Origin: Campylobacterota bacterium
Lineage (GTDB): Bacteria > Campylobacterota > Campylobacteria > Campylobacterales > Sulfurovaceae
DNA length: 26,560 bases
Reading direction: 5' to 3'
Assembly (NCBI GenBank): GCA_015488875.1
Contig: WFMX01000233.1
Location: 1 to 26,560, forward strand
This document shows, piece after piece, positions 9,395 to 19,678 of the stretch; the stretch's first letter is position 1, and every line of letters starts with the position of its first letter. The notes beneath the pieces are model-generated. The model was not told the origin of the DNA and ran no database searches. It saw only the letters and a program-made list of their open reading frames with translations. Both the position numbers and the translations under genes were made by a program.

Positions 9395-9400
9395 ATTATA
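9395..9400 (-). promoter_or_regulatory. Putative -10 box (TATAAT) for the GGDEF/EAL gene pair, immediately after the xseA stop
   Basis: Minus strand reads TAGgTATAAT...TAAGGAG...ATG. Confidence 0.4.
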
Positions 9401-9401
9401 C

Positions 9402-10661
9402 CTAAAAGTTTATTTTCTGTTGGCAGATAGCTTCTATTTTTGTATCTGAATCTTCGATAATAAAATGCTCGCCTACATTTATGGATTGCAACATAGTGCT
9501 TTTAGCATCCCTTGAGACCTTTGCCCAGCCTTTTTTGGCTCTATCTCTTGGATTGTTCAGAGCCATAGCTTCTCTCATCATACTCTCTTGCTCTTTCGCC
9601 CTAGATAATATGAAATCCATCTGTTGTTTCAAATAGCTCTTTTGTCTAGGTATATGAGATGAGTATTGATCAAGTTTTAGTCCTATCCTTGCTCTATATT
9701 CATCTTCGAGGTATCTAAACTCACTGAGTATCTTTTGAACTTGTCTACTTATGGAGTGCTGATGAAGTAGCTCTAATCTAGTTTTCAGGCTTTCTCGCTT
9801 GATATATAGCAATTGATTCGCTCTAGCTTTGAACCTATCTATATACTCATCTAGCATATATAGCATCTCCTGCTTATCGGGGAGTATCATCTCTATGGCG
9901 GCACTAGGTGTAGGGGCTCTCAGATCTGCCACAAAATCGCTGATCATCACATCTACTTCATGTCCTACTGCACTCACCACAGGTGTATCGAGTCTATATA
10001 TAGCATCTGCCACTATCTCTTCGTTGAAAGCCCATAGATCTTCAGCACTACCTCCACCTCTGCCTACGACGATGACATCAGCACCTAAGCTTTCTGCATA
10101 GTAGAGTGCATCTGCTATCTCACGAGAGGCTCTCTCGCCTTGGACTAGTGTATCTACGATAGTCACCTCGACTAGAGGATAACGCTTCTCTATGATCTTT
10201 ATCATGTCATGCAGTGCAGCACTATCTTTGGCTGTGACAAGTGCTATATGCTGGATATTTGACGGTATAGGTTTTTTCTTCTCTTTGTCGAAATAGCCCT
10301 TGTCTTTGAGTCTGCTTTTGAGCTGTTCGTACGCCAAAGCTAAAGCACCTTTGCCATATGGCTCTATCGTAGTGGCATAGAACTGATACTCTCCTCTAGG
10401 GGTGTAGACTCCTACAGAGCCATCCACTACTATATGCTCACCCTTCTCTAACCTAAACTTAAGTCTTTGTGCATTTGATCTAAACATTACACACTTGATG
10501 CTACTCTTGTCGTCTTTGATAGAGAAATATATATGACCGCTTGACTGGTGGTATGTAATGGACGCTATCTCACCCTCTACTTTGATGTGCATAAAGGTAG
10601 CTTCAAGCAGTGACTTGATCTTGATATTGAGAGCATTTACACCTATCATGGAGCTACTCAT
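9402..10661 (-). CDS. xseA: Exodeoxyribonuclease VII large subunit
   Basis: VEGEIAS..HQSSGHIYFSIKD OB-fold, VVGRGGGSAEDLWAFNEE, VSAVGHEVD and RAPTPSAA. The ubiE-xseA adjacency is typical of Campylobacterales. Confidence 0.96.
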   Translation of the reverse strand: MSSSMIGVNALNIKIKSLLEATFMHIKVEGEIASITYHQSSGHIYFSIKDDKSSIKCVMFRSNAQRLKFRLEKGEHIVVDGSVGVYTPRGEYQFYATTIEPYGKGALALAYEQLKSRLKDKGYFDKEKKKPIPSNIQHIALVTAKDSAALHDMIKIIEKRYPLVEVTIVDTLVQGERASREIADALYYAESLGADVIVVGRGGGSAEDLWAFNEEIVADAIYRLDTPVVSAVGHEVDVMISDFVADLRAPTPSAAIEMILPDKQEMLYMLDEYIDRFKARANQLLYIKRESLKTRLELLHQHSISRQVQKILSEFRYLEDEYRARIGLKLDQYSSHIPRQKSYLKQQMDFILSRAKEQESMMREAMALNNPRDRAKKGWAKVSRDAKSTMLQSINVGEHFIIEDSDTKIEAICQQKINF

Positions 10662-10662
10662 G

Positions 10663-11424
10663 CTAACTATTTGGCTTTTGTGCTACTAGTAGTGTAGATA
10701 TACCCATAGAGAATGATTTGCTATATCTCATCTCGAACCCTACCTCTTCCAACTCCTTAGATAGCATCTCTGTCGTCAAAAACTCCTCTATGGACTCGGG
10801 TAGATACTTATAAGCCTCATAATTATTAGATATGATGCCCCCTACCTTTGGTAGTACCTTTTTCATCCCAAAGTCTACTACCTTGTCTATCATACCGCTT
10901 CGATCTTGCTTTGTAAACTCTAGTATCACCACTATGCCGCCTGGTTTCAATGCTCTGTAGAACTCGCCTAGTGCCTCTACTCTATCTACGACATTTCGTA
11001 TGCCATAAGATATGGAAATAATATCTGTACTCTCATCGTCTACAGGTAGTTCTTGTGCTTTACCCTCTATGAAGTCAGCGAAATCAACTTTACTTTTGGC
11101 TACTTCCAACATGCCAACAGATGGATCAATACCTACAAACTTATCTATCTCTATCCCTCTATCTTTGGCTATGTCTCTCCAATAGATCAAGAGATCACCA
11201 GTGCCTGTAGCCACATCTGTGATCTGCGTAAGTCTATCGCTATCTAGTATATCATATGCTTTGTTACATCCTTTTTTACGCCACTGCTTATCTATACCCA
11301 TGCTTAGTACTCTATTTGCAAGATCATATGTCGATGCTATATCATCAAACATTGTTACTATCTTGTCTTGCTTCACTTTTTTATTCTGCTTGTCTTGTTT
11401 TGACTCTATGCTACCACTATCCAT
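10663..11424 (-). CDS. ubiE: UbiE/MenG-family (demethylmenaquinone) methyltransferase
   Basis: MFDDIASTYDLANRVLSMGIDKQWR, SAM motif DVATGTGD, ISYGIRNV, LKPGG..VILEF and YKYLPESI. Confidence 0.93.
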   Translation of the reverse strand: MDSGSIESKQDKQNKKVKQDKIVTMFDDIASTYDLANRVLSMGIDKQWRKKGCNKAYDILDSDRLTQITDVATGTGDLLIYWRDIAKDRGIEIDKFVGIDPSVGMLEVAKSKVDFADFIEGKAQELPVDDESTDIISISYGIRNVVDRVEALGEFYRALKPGGIVVILEFTKQDRSGMIDKVVDFGMKKVLPKVGGIISNNYEAYKYLPESIEEFLTTEMLSKELEEVGFEMRYSKSFSMGISTLLVAQKPNS

Positions 11425-11452
11425 ATATCACTCCATATTTTTTATTGTGTTA

Positions 11453-13162
11453 TTATATCTCAATAATCCTATCAACTCCATCAAGCGTAGAGAGTCGGTG
11501 CGTGATGATAATCATCGTCAGCCCTTCAAGCGATAGCGAACCTATGGCATTTGATATCTCTCTCTGTGTCTCTCCATCCAAAGAAGAGGTAGCCTCATCA
11601 AAAAATAGTATCTCAGAGTCATAATACAATGCCCTAGCTATACCGACTCTCTGCCTCTGCCCGCCCGACAGCCTAGTCCCTCTCTCGCCTATATTTGTAT
11701 CTAGACCATTCGGCAAGATATCTACAAGCTCTTCTAATGATGCCAATGATATCACTCTATTTAATTTATCTACATCTATCTCATCTCTGCTCAATCCAAA
11801 AGCTATATTTTCACCAAGTGAGGCATCCAACAAAAAAACCTCTTGTGCTACATACCCTATCTTGGATCTCCATGATTTTATACTACTCTCATCCAACTCA
11901 ATATCATCAATAGTCACTGAGCCTCTGTATGGTTTCAAAAACCCCAATAGTATATTCATAAGAGTTGTTTTTCCATTTCCTGATTTGCCAACTATACCTA
12001 AAGTTTCACCTTTTTTTATCGTGAGTGTGAAGTTTTCCAAGATATCACTCTGCATCTTTGGATATCGAAAAGATATATCTCTGATGGCTATCTCATCATT
12101 GAACTCTATCTCTGTTGACTCCCTAGATATCTCATCAGACTTATCTAGCTCACCTATCACATCAAAAACATATTGTGTCTCTATAAGTCCATTGATCGCT
12201 ATCATTATCCTATTGATAGATGGTATGATACGATATGCAGATAGTATGTAGATACCCAATAGAGCCAATAGAGTCTCCCTGTCTGGCAAAAAATATATAC
12301 CATAAATGATCACTACAAATATAGCCAATACCATAGAACTCTCTATGATTTTGGTAGGCATCAACTGTAGGACTATCTGCTTTGCACTTATATTTTTATA
12401 GAGAGATACATATGTTTTGAGTCTATTAGAGAATTGATCTATTGTGCCAGTGATCTCTATATCTTGATAGCCAAAAAAACTCTGATATATTGTAGAAGAT
12501 AATTTGGGATGAAGTATATGCAACTCTTCGCCATAGATCTTCAATCTCTCCTTTGTCAATATATAAAAGAGAGAGAAGACAGGAGTTACGGTAAGGAGAA
12601 GAAGGAGGACTATAGTGGGATCGTAGAGTAATATAGCTAATAGTATAAACGATAGTATCATCAGTTCACTGATAAGGGTCAGGATCCCAAATAGTGTAGT
12701 GTGTGCAAATCTTTCGGGTATCATTGCACTGTTACGATAAAACTCTGTGGAGTTGATATCTTTTAAATACAGATAGCCTTTTGAGTAGAAGAGTTTATAA
12801 AGTCGTATAGTCAAGTAGCCCATGATGTCATATGAAAATCTTGATTGATAGCTACTGATCATCAGGCTTATGATATTTTTTGAGACTATCACAAGCAACA
12901 TAATGGCACTAAGCGTTATTATGAACTGCTCGTCAGAAGCAAAACCCATATAGTTGTATATAGCCGAGAGTGTACTGTTGTCATGTATCATATTGTCTTT
13001 GAATAGTAGTCCAAATATTGGTATAAGCGTAGCTAAGCCAAATAGCTCCAATGTCGAATTGAGCAGAAGTAGTGCCAGAACTATATACGATCTCTTTCTA
13101 TACTCTTTTGGTAGAATTTTAGATATACCTATGAGAGTTTTGATGATAATATTTGATTGCAT
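11453..13162 (-). CDS. ABC transporter ATP-binding/permease, PglK/WlaB-like lipid-linked oligosaccharide flippase family
   Basis: TMD-NBD fusion with Walker A GKSGNGKTT, LSGGQRQR, Walker B ILFFDE and H-loop THR. The TMD carries the PglK-like YRIIPSINRI motif and an external helix after TM1. The start is uncertain (ATG 13162 or TTG 13168), with no clear RBS. Confidence 0.85.
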   Translation of the reverse strand: MQSNIIIKTLIGISKILPKEYRKRSYIVLALLLLNSTLELFGLATLIPIFGLLFKDNMIHDNSTLSAIYNYMGFASDEQFIITLSAIMLLVIVSKNIISLMISSYQSRFSYDIMGYLTIRLYKLFYSKGYLYLKDINSTEFYRNSAMIPERFAHTTLFGILTLISELMILSFILLAILLYDPTIVLLLLLTVTPVFSLFYILTKERLKIYGEELHILHPKLSSTIYQSFFGYQDIEITGTIDQFSNRLKTYVSLYKNISAKQIVLQLMPTKIIESSMVLAIFVVIIYGIYFLPDRETLLALLGIYILSAYRIIPSINRIMIAINGLIETQYVFDVIGELDKSDEISRESTEIEFNDEIAIRDISFRYPKMQSDILENFTLTIKKGETLGIVGKSGNGKTTLMNILLGFLKPYRGSVTIDDIELDESSIKSWRSKIGYVAQEVFLLDASLGENIAFGLSRDEIDVDKLNRVISLASLEELVDILPNGLDTNIGERGTRLSGGQRQRVGIARALYYDSEILFFDEATSSLDGETQREISNAIGSLSLEGLTMIIITHRLSTLDGVDRIIEI

Positions 13163-13194
13163 GGACAAAGATAAAGCTTGGAGTGAAGATAGAC

Positions 13195-13215
13195 TAGAGG
13201 TAGTATATACCCCTA
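13195..13215 (-). terminator. Possible stem-loop/terminator after nuoN
   Basis: Minus strand TAGGGGTA-TATAC-TACCTCTA gives an 8-bp stem with one G-U pair. The U-tract is weak. Confidence 0.35.
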
Positions 13216-13227
13216 ATCTTTGATGTT

Positions 13228-14718
13228 TTAGTAGCCGCTAGCACTTACCATATAGTAGATATATGATATGAGTGGCTGCATGATAAATACCGAACCGATA
13301 GTCGCTGCTACAGCTATACCAACTATGGTGATAAGTGGTTTAGTTAAGTTGTATGTCACAGTACCATCATTCTCTTCAGGCTTCATAAGGAACATATATA
13401 CTATTAGCTTCAAATAGTAATACGCCGCTATAGCTGAGTTGAGACCCATTATGATCGCCAACCATACATAGCCAGCATCAATTGCTGCACTCATGATGTA
13501 AATCTTGCCCCAAAATACCGAAAATGGAGGTACACCTGCTAGTGAAAGCATAAATAGTGCCATTATGACTGCTGCCATTGGCATGATTTTGATAAGTCCA
13601 GCAAACTTCTCATATGGATGGTCATATCTCTCATGAAATACTCTGTTTTTATGTCTACTTATCCAAAGCATAGTAAATGCACCGAGGTTTGTAAACATAA
13701 AGAGACCATAATATAGGAATATACCTGTGTTTCCTTTGGTAGTGTCTAGTGCCAACGCTGCCATGACAAAGCCAGCATGTGATATGGAACTATACGCCAA
13801 CATTCTCTTGACATCCTCTTGGACTAGTGCCATTATATTGGCTAGTGTCATCGTAGTCACCGCAAGAACCAATATCGCTATTCTCACCCACTCTATGCCT
13901 AAATCTATATACATACCAAATATTCTCATAGCCACAACAAAAGCAGCTATCTTTGGCACTACAGACATATATCCAGCCAATGGAGCAGAAGCACCCTCGT
14001 ATACATCAGGTGCCCATGTGTGGAATGGAAATAGTGAAAGCTTGAATGCAAATGCTGACAACAAGAGTACCGAGCCACCCAATATAGCTATCATTATCCC
14101 TGGTTCAGCCATACGACTCTGAAGTATATCAGCTATCTGATACAACTCCACACTACCAGTAAGTGCATAGACTACAGCAGAACCCATCGCATACAATCCA
14201 GCTGACAATGCACCCATAGTAAAGTACTTGATTGCTGCCTCATAAGAGTTGTTTCTGTTGTGCAGTGCTATGAGTGTGTATAGTGACAGTGATGCAGTCT
14301 CTATACCTACAAATATGAGTATGAGATTGTCTGTTGCTACCATAAACTGAAAGCCTGCTATCATAAACAAAAAGAGTGCAAAGAACTCAGGGTATGAGTA
14401 CTCATGAAATCTCTTTGATGTCAAAGCAAGCGGTATGAATAGCATTGATGCAGCCAATATTAGTAACTGCGATACGATAGCGATACCATCGATCAACATT
14501 ACATCAAAAAAGCCTCGCTCATTCAAGTTTAGCCCCAAGACAGAACCAAAATCTATAAACAATATCAATATCGTCAACATCACATATAGTGATTTGTGTA
14601 GCTCTGCCTTAATCAAATCAATGACTAAGATGATCAATCCACCAGCAATCGCTATCAACATAGGTGCTAGTGTGATCATGTTCAGTGAAGTGAAACTTAT
14701 ATTAATAGGTTCAAACAT
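13228..14718 (-). CDS. nuoN: NADH-quinone oxidoreductase (complex I) subunit N
   Basis: Hydrophobic antiporter-like subunit with EAAIKYF, FKLSLFPFHTWAPDVYEGA, KRMLAYSSISHAG and LAGVPPFSVFWGK; last gene of the nuo run. Confidence 0.95.
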   Translation of the reverse strand: MFEPINISFTSLNMITLAPMLIAIAGGLIILVIDLIKAELHKSLYVMLTILILFIDFGSVLGLNLNERGFFDVMLIDGIAIVSQLLILAASMLFIPLALTSKRFHEYSYPEFFALFLFMIAGFQFMVATDNLILIFVGIETASLSLYTLIALHNRNNSYEAAIKYFTMGALSAGLYAMGSAVVYALTGSVELYQIADILQSRMAEPGIMIAILGGSVLLLSAFAFKLSLFPFHTWAPDVYEGASAPLAGYMSVVPKIAAFVVAMRIFGMYIDLGIEWVRIAILVLAVTTMTLANIMALVQEDVKRMLAYSSISHAGFVMAALALDTTKGNTGIFLYYGLFMFTNLGAFTMLWISRHKNRVFHERYDHPYEKFAGLIKIMPMAAVIMALFMLSLAGVPPFSVFWGKIYIMSAAIDAGYVWLAIIMGLNSAIAAYYYLKLIVYMFLMKPEENDGTVTYNLTKPLITIVGIAVAATIGSVFIMQPLISYIYYMVSASGY

Positions 14719-16247
14719 TATTTTGCCTCCTTAGTTATACTACTTACGATTATTCTCTCTTTTGCTTCAGGAGTACGCGCTTTATCTTCCATAAAACTCA
14801 ACATCGCCTTGACACTATTGTCTATAGGAGTCAAGATTGGCTTAGGGTATACACCCAACCAAATGACAATGATAACTAGTGGGACCAATGAGACCATCTC
14901 TCTACCATTCAAATCAAACAATTTTTTGTTCTCATCATTTGTGACTGGACCAAAAAATGTTCTCTTGTATAGGGTCAGCATATACACCGCACCCAACACT
15001 ATTGTACTACCTGCAAGTATTGCACCTATAGCAGAGACTTTGTAAAACCCTAGAAGTACAAGGAACTCACCTACGAAACCTATCGTGAGAGGCAATCCTA
15101 CAGATGCCATCAACATGATACCAAATATCACTGCATACTTAGGCATCACCGATGCCAGACCACCAAACTCACTCATCAGCTTAGTGTGTCGTCTATCATA
15201 TATGACACCCACGAGCATAAATAGTGCTCCTGATACTATACCATGTGATAACATCAAAAATATAGAACCACTGATAGCCTCAGCATTCATAGCGAATGTA
15301 CCCAACACTATAACACCCATATGGGATACAGAGGAGTATGCTATCACTTGCTTGATATCCTCTTGTGCATATGCTACCATCGCCGCATATATGATCATAA
15401 TGATAGATATTACCATAATCGGCTCTATCATCATCACAGATGCATCAGGAAATAGCGGAAGTGAAAATCTCACGAAACCATATGTACCCATCTTGAGTAG
15501 CACGGCTGCTAGTATGACTGAACCGATAGTCGGTGCCTGTCCGTGAGCATAAGGCAACCAAGTATGAAATGGAAACATCGGTACCTTGATTGCAAATCCG
15601 ATAAAGAACGCCAAAAATAACCATATCTGGTAGTTAACTGGAAGAACCATCATATACCAATCAGTAATTGAAAAGCTCCATATGCCATCTGAGACACCAT
15701 GATAGAGATGCGCCATAAACAACATTCCTACAAGCATTATCAAAGATCCTGTAAATGTATACAAGAAAAATTTGATAGATGCGTAGATTCTGAGAGGTCC
15801 TCCCCAAGCACCAATGATATACAACATAGGTACAAGAGATAGCTCCCAAAATAGATAAAATATAATCGCATCCAAAGATACAAATACACCTATCATAGTC
15901 ATCTCAAGAAAGAGGAGAGAGATGATCATGTTTTTGATATCTTTCTCAACACTCATACCTATCATACCGAGCAGGGTCATCAAAGCAGCCATGATAACAA
16001 TAAATATACTGATACCATCAACACCAAGATAGTAGCTAATACCAAAATCAGGTACTAACGGTATAGATTCTACAAACTGCATACCTGCATTTGTACCATC
16101 AAAACTCATCCAGAGCCATACAGCAAGTAGCATCTCTACAGTAGCAACACTTATACCATAAACTCTTATACTATTTTTGTCAACAACAAAACCCAACAAT
16201 CCAGCGACCGCAGGGAAAAATACTAAAACACTTAATATATTATCCAT
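14718..16247 (-). CDS. nuoM: Complex I subunit M
   Basis: YYLGVDGIS, FWELSLVPM, AIKVPMFPFHTWLPYAHGQAPT, LLKMGTYGF and AYSSVSHMG. Confidence 0.96.
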   Translation of the reverse strand: MDNILSVLVFFPAVAGLLGFVVDKNSIRVYGISVATVEMLLAVWLWMSFDGTNAGMQFVESIPLVPDFGISYYLGVDGISIFIVIMAALMTLLGMIGMSVEKDIKNMIISLLFLEMTMIGVFVSLDAIIFYLFWELSLVPMLYIIGAWGGPLRIYASIKFFLYTFTGSLIMLVGMLFMAHLYHGVSDGIWSFSITDWYMMVLPVNYQIWLFLAFFIGFAIKVPMFPFHTWLPYAHGQAPTIGSVILAAVLLKMGTYGFVRFSLPLFPDASVMMIEPIMVISIIMIIYAAMVAYAQEDIKQVIAYSSVSHMGVIVLGTFAMNAEAISGSIFLMLSHGIVSGALFMLVGVIYDRRHTKLMSEFGGLASVMPKYAVIFGIMLMASVGLPLTIGFVGEFLVLLGFYKVSAIGAILAGSTIVLGAVYMLTLYKRTFFGPVTNDENKKLFDLNGREMVSLVPLVIIVIWLGVYPKPILTPIDNSVKAMLSFMEDKARTPEAKERIIVSSITKEAK

Positions 16248-16258
16248 CTACCTACTCC

Positions 16259-18166
16259 TTAACCTATTACCGATGAGATAGCTGCCACGATCAATAGTGC
16301 AACCAAACCAAAACTCATCCAATTTAGATAATTGGACAAATTTCCAGTCTGCATCTTTCTTGTATCGTCACCACTAGAATAGATGAATTTAGCTATGCCA
16401 TCAACTGTTATATCAATTATCTTCATATCGACTGTTTTCCACATCTTTTCAGATATCATCGCGTATGGCTTCGATATAAACTCAGCATAGAACTGAGGTA
16501 CATAGTATTGATTTTTCAGCAATTGATATATGAAGCTATTTTCACATTTCATCTCTCTCTTTAAGCCACTTGCATACTTATATCTAGCAAGCAAGACACC
16601 ACCTACAGCAAACGCGAGAACGATAGAGCCAAGTATCCAAACCAAATGATGAGTATGCTCACTCATCGCATAATTTGGCATGACATCACCACTAGTGATA
16701 AATGTCTGGAATCCACCTTGGAAAAATCCTGCTATAACAGCCAATAGAGCCAAAGGAGACATTGCAACAAGTACATATTTATACATCTCATGTGGATGTA
16801 TGCCAAACTCTTTGTATCTCTCGTCACCTTCAAATGTCAAGAATACTTGTCTAAAGCTATAAAATGCTGTCATTCCTGCTGTCACTACAAGTATAGCCCA
16901 CAAGACTATAGTACCCTCATTGAACGCTGTTTCTATAATAGCATCCTTTGAGAAGAACCCTGCTAGTGGTGGTATGCCTGCAAGTGCTAGTGAAGCGACA
17001 CCCATATAGATATATGTCCATCTCATAGACTTTTTGAGTCCACCCATTTTGAAGATATCTAGCTCATCATCCATTGCGTGCATCACATTACCTGCACCCA
17101 AGAACAGAAGTGCTTTAAAGAACGCATGAGCTGCGAGATGAAATAGTGCTATCCAATAAGCCCCAAGTCCAGCTGCTGCAAACATATATCCTAGTTGTGA
17201 GAGAGTTGAGTAGGCGATAATTCGCTTCAAGTCTCTATTGACTAGTGCCATTGATGCAGCGAAGAATGCTACGAATGTACCAAGTGCGGCTATGAAGTAG
17301 CTAACTTCACCAACTTCAGGCATAGAGTATAGCGGATTGGCACGAATGACCAAAAAGACACCCGCTGTCACCATAGTAGCTGCGTGAATTAGAGCAGATA
17401 CAGGCGTAGGACCTTCCATAGCATCAGTCAGCCATGTATGTAGTGGAAACTGTGCTGATTTACCCATCGCACCTATAAATAGTGCTATAGCGGCTGTAGT
17501 AAGTACTGTTTGATTTAAATATGGAAGATTTGCAAATACTACATCGTATTGAAGCGAACCTGTGTTCCAATATAGAACAAATATACCTACAAGCATAGCA
17601 AGGTCAGCTATACGGTTGACTATAAATGCTTCATTTGCTGCCCAAGATGGCGATATGGATGGATTCTCCTCTGGAGATACATCTTCCTTGTGATACCAAA
17701 ATCCGATAAGCAACCAAGAACAGACTCCAACGCCTTCCCAACCTATAAAAAGACCAGCAAAGTTGTCACTCATCACGAGTACCATCATAGAGAATACAAA
17801 TGCTGATAGATATGAAAAGAATCTATTGAAACTCTTGTCATGATCCATATAGCCTATAGAGTAGATATGAACTACCGTGGATACTAGTGTAACCACTGTC
17901 ATCATAGTGACACTTATCTGATCTACTACAAAACCAAATGGTATGCTCAAATCACCAGCACCTATCCAATCCATCATCGTCACATGGATAGTTCCGCCCG
18001 TCTGATAGACAAACATTGCCAAAAGTGCCGATGCCAAAAATGAGGTCGCCAACAATAGTGAAGCGATCACTCCTACAAATGTCTTTTTGGGGCTCATACC
18101 AAAAAGAGCAGCAAAAATAGAACTAACAAACGGTGCAAAAAGTGCAATATATACAAACTTTTCCAT
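16259..18166 (-). CDS. nuoL: Complex I subunit L
   Basis: VHIYSIGYM, GWEGVGVCSWLLIGFW, NRIAD, GKSAQFPLHTWLTDAMEGPTPVSALIHAATMV and HAFFKALLFL. Confidence 0.97.
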   Translation of the reverse strand: MEKFVYIALFAPFVSSIFAALFGMSPKKTFVGVIASLLLATSFLASALLAMFVYQTGGTIHVTMMDWIGAGDLSIPFGFVVDQISVTMMTVVTLVSTVVHIYSIGYMDHDKSFNRFFSYLSAFVFSMMVLVMSDNFAGLFIGWEGVGVCSWLLIGFWYHKEDVSPEENPSISPSWAANEAFIVNRIADLAMLVGIFVLYWNTGSLQYDVVFANLPYLNQTVLTTAAIALFIGAMGKSAQFPLHTWLTDAMEGPTPVSALIHAATMVTAGVFLVIRANPLYSMPEVGEVSYFIAALGTFVAFFAASMALVNRDLKRIIAYSTLSQLGYMFAAAGLGAYWIALFHLAAHAFFKALLFLGAGNVMHAMDDELDIFKMGGLKKSMRWTYIYMGVASLALAGIPPLAGFFSKDAIIETAFNEGTIVLWAILVVTAGMTAFYSFRQVFLTFEGDERYKEFGIHPHEMYKYVLVAMSPLALLAVIAGFFQGGFQTFITSGDVMPNYAMSEHTHHLVWILGSIVLAFAVGGVLLARYKYASGLKREMKCENSFIYQLLKNQYYVPQFYAEFISKPYAMISEKMWKTVDMKIIDITVDGIAKFIYSSGDDTRKMQTGNLSNYLNWMSFGLVALLIVAAISSVIG

Positions 18167-18168
18167 TA

Positions 18169-18471
18169 CTACCCTTTCATTGACGCTAGGTTATCAAGAT
18201 CAAGCGTTCCATGTCTTTTGTAAAGGACAATCAAAAGTCCCAACCCTACTGCCACTTCACTAGCTGCTACAGCGATGATAAAAAAGGCAAACATTTGCCC
18301 TGATAGATCATTGTAGTAGTGTGAAGTCGCTGCGAATGCGATATTGGCAGCGTTCAACATAACTTCTGTTGCAAAAAATAGCATCAAAAGATTTTTTCTT
18401 CTCAATACACCCACAAGACCTATCGTAAAGAGTAGCCCTGAGAGTATAAGATAGTCATTGAGTTCTATCAT
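18169..18471 (-). CDS. nuoK: Complex I subunit K
   Basis: 100 aa, GLVGVLRRKN, EVMLNAANI and AVAASEVAVGL. Confidence 0.96.
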   Translation of the reverse strand: MIELNDYLILSGLLFTIGLVGVLRRKNLLMLFFATEVMLNAANIAFAATSHYYNDLSGQMFAFFIIAVAASEVAVGLGLLIVLYKRHGTLDLDNLASMKG

Positions 18472-19034
18472 TTTTCATCCTCCTCCAAAATATCTATTTC
18501 CACTATCACATCATCCTCTGTAGTAAGACTCTGATCCATCTTTTTGCCTGCTAAAATAATACCTGCAATCATCGCAACAAGTAGCATAACAGCTGCAACC
18601 TCAAATGGGACAAGATACTTTGTAAATAGCACCATTCCTACCGCCTGTGGATTAGTAACTCCAGCCATAGGTGGATATAGTGCTTGTATGTTTTCACTCA
18701 TTATAGGTGCTGACATTATGATGACAAACATCAACGCGGTCAAGCCACCTAATAAAAATATCAATGATCCATTTGTATTATTCTCTTTGACATCTTTCGT
18801 GACATCAAAAAACATCATAGCAAATGCATAGAGTGCCATTATCGCACCTACATAGACTATCAACTGAACTACACCCAAGAAGTCTGCACCAAGCGTAAAG
18901 AATATCCCCGCTATCAATACCATACCTGCTGCCAATGATGTCATAGAATATAAGACATTTTTAGTCAATACTGTCACTAAAAAGAGCCCTATTATCAAGA
19001 CTGAAAATAGATAAAAAGCTATTTGTTCATACAT
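18468..19034 (-). CDS. nuoJ: Complex I subunit J
   Basis: ADFLGVVQLIVYVGAI and YLVPFEVAAVMLLVAMIAGI. Confidence 0.95.
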   Translation of the reverse strand: MYEQIAFYLFSVLIIGLFLVTVLTKNVLYSMTSLAAGMVLIAGIFFTLGADFLGVVQLIVYVGAIMALYAFAMMFFDVTKDVKENNTNGSLIFLLGGLTALMFVIIMSAPIMSENIQALYPPMAGVTNPQAVGMVLFTKYLVPFEVAAVMLLVAMIAGIILAGKKMDQSLTTEDDVIVEIDILEEDEK

Positions 19035-19045
19035 TTTCTCTCCTT

Positions 19046-19669
19046 TTAGTACGCTAGTGGCGTTTTTTTGATATTGTCGTCAGCATTTGGTGAAACTGCA
19101 CCAAATCCATCAAACTCTTGCTGTTGCCCTAAAGCATCTTTAGGTGTCAACATATCATCAAAGATAGAGAAACTAGCTCTCTGCTCTGATGCAGTTTCGT
19201 ACCGCTGTCCATGGACTATCGCAAGCTCTGGACAAACCTCTGCACAATATCCGCAGAAGATACATCTACCGAAGTTGATCGTATACTCTGTCACCTCTTT
19301 TCTCTGATTTTCATCATATCTTGTATCCATTTTGATACAATCAGAGATACATATCTTTTCACAAAGTCCACATCCGATGCAGCGATAGTGTCCACTCTCA
19401 AGAAGTCTCAACATATCATGTATAGCTCTATATCTAGGAGATATAGGGAGCTTTTCAAATGGATACTTAGTAGTATGCATCCCTCCTCCAAAGAGGGCAT
19501 TTATCATCTCTCTCATCGTCACATAGAGACCTACAAATAGTTCACCTCTAAATGTACGGCTCACTACTCGTTGAAATCTACCCATACCTGTATCAGGAGT
19601 AGGTTCATAATCAACCATCTTGTAGGTTTGTGTTCCTACACTTCTATTTTTAAACTGCTCTAAACTCAT
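19046..19669 (-). CDS. nuoI: Complex I subunit I (2x[4Fe-4S])
   Basis: TKYPFEK, CIGCGLCEKIC and INFGRCIFCGYCAEVCP. Confidence 0.96.
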   Translation of the reverse strand: MSLEQFKNRSVGTQTYKMVDYEPTPDTGMGRFQRVVSRTFRGELFVGLYVTMREMINALFGGGMHTTKYPFEKLPISPRYRAIHDMLRLLESGHYRCIGCGLCEKICISDCIKMDTRYDENQRKEVTEYTINFGRCIFCGYCAEVCPELAIVHGQRYETASEQRASFSIFDDMLTPKDALGQQQEFDGFGAVSPNADDNIKKTPLAY

Positions 19670-19678
19670 ATCTACTCC

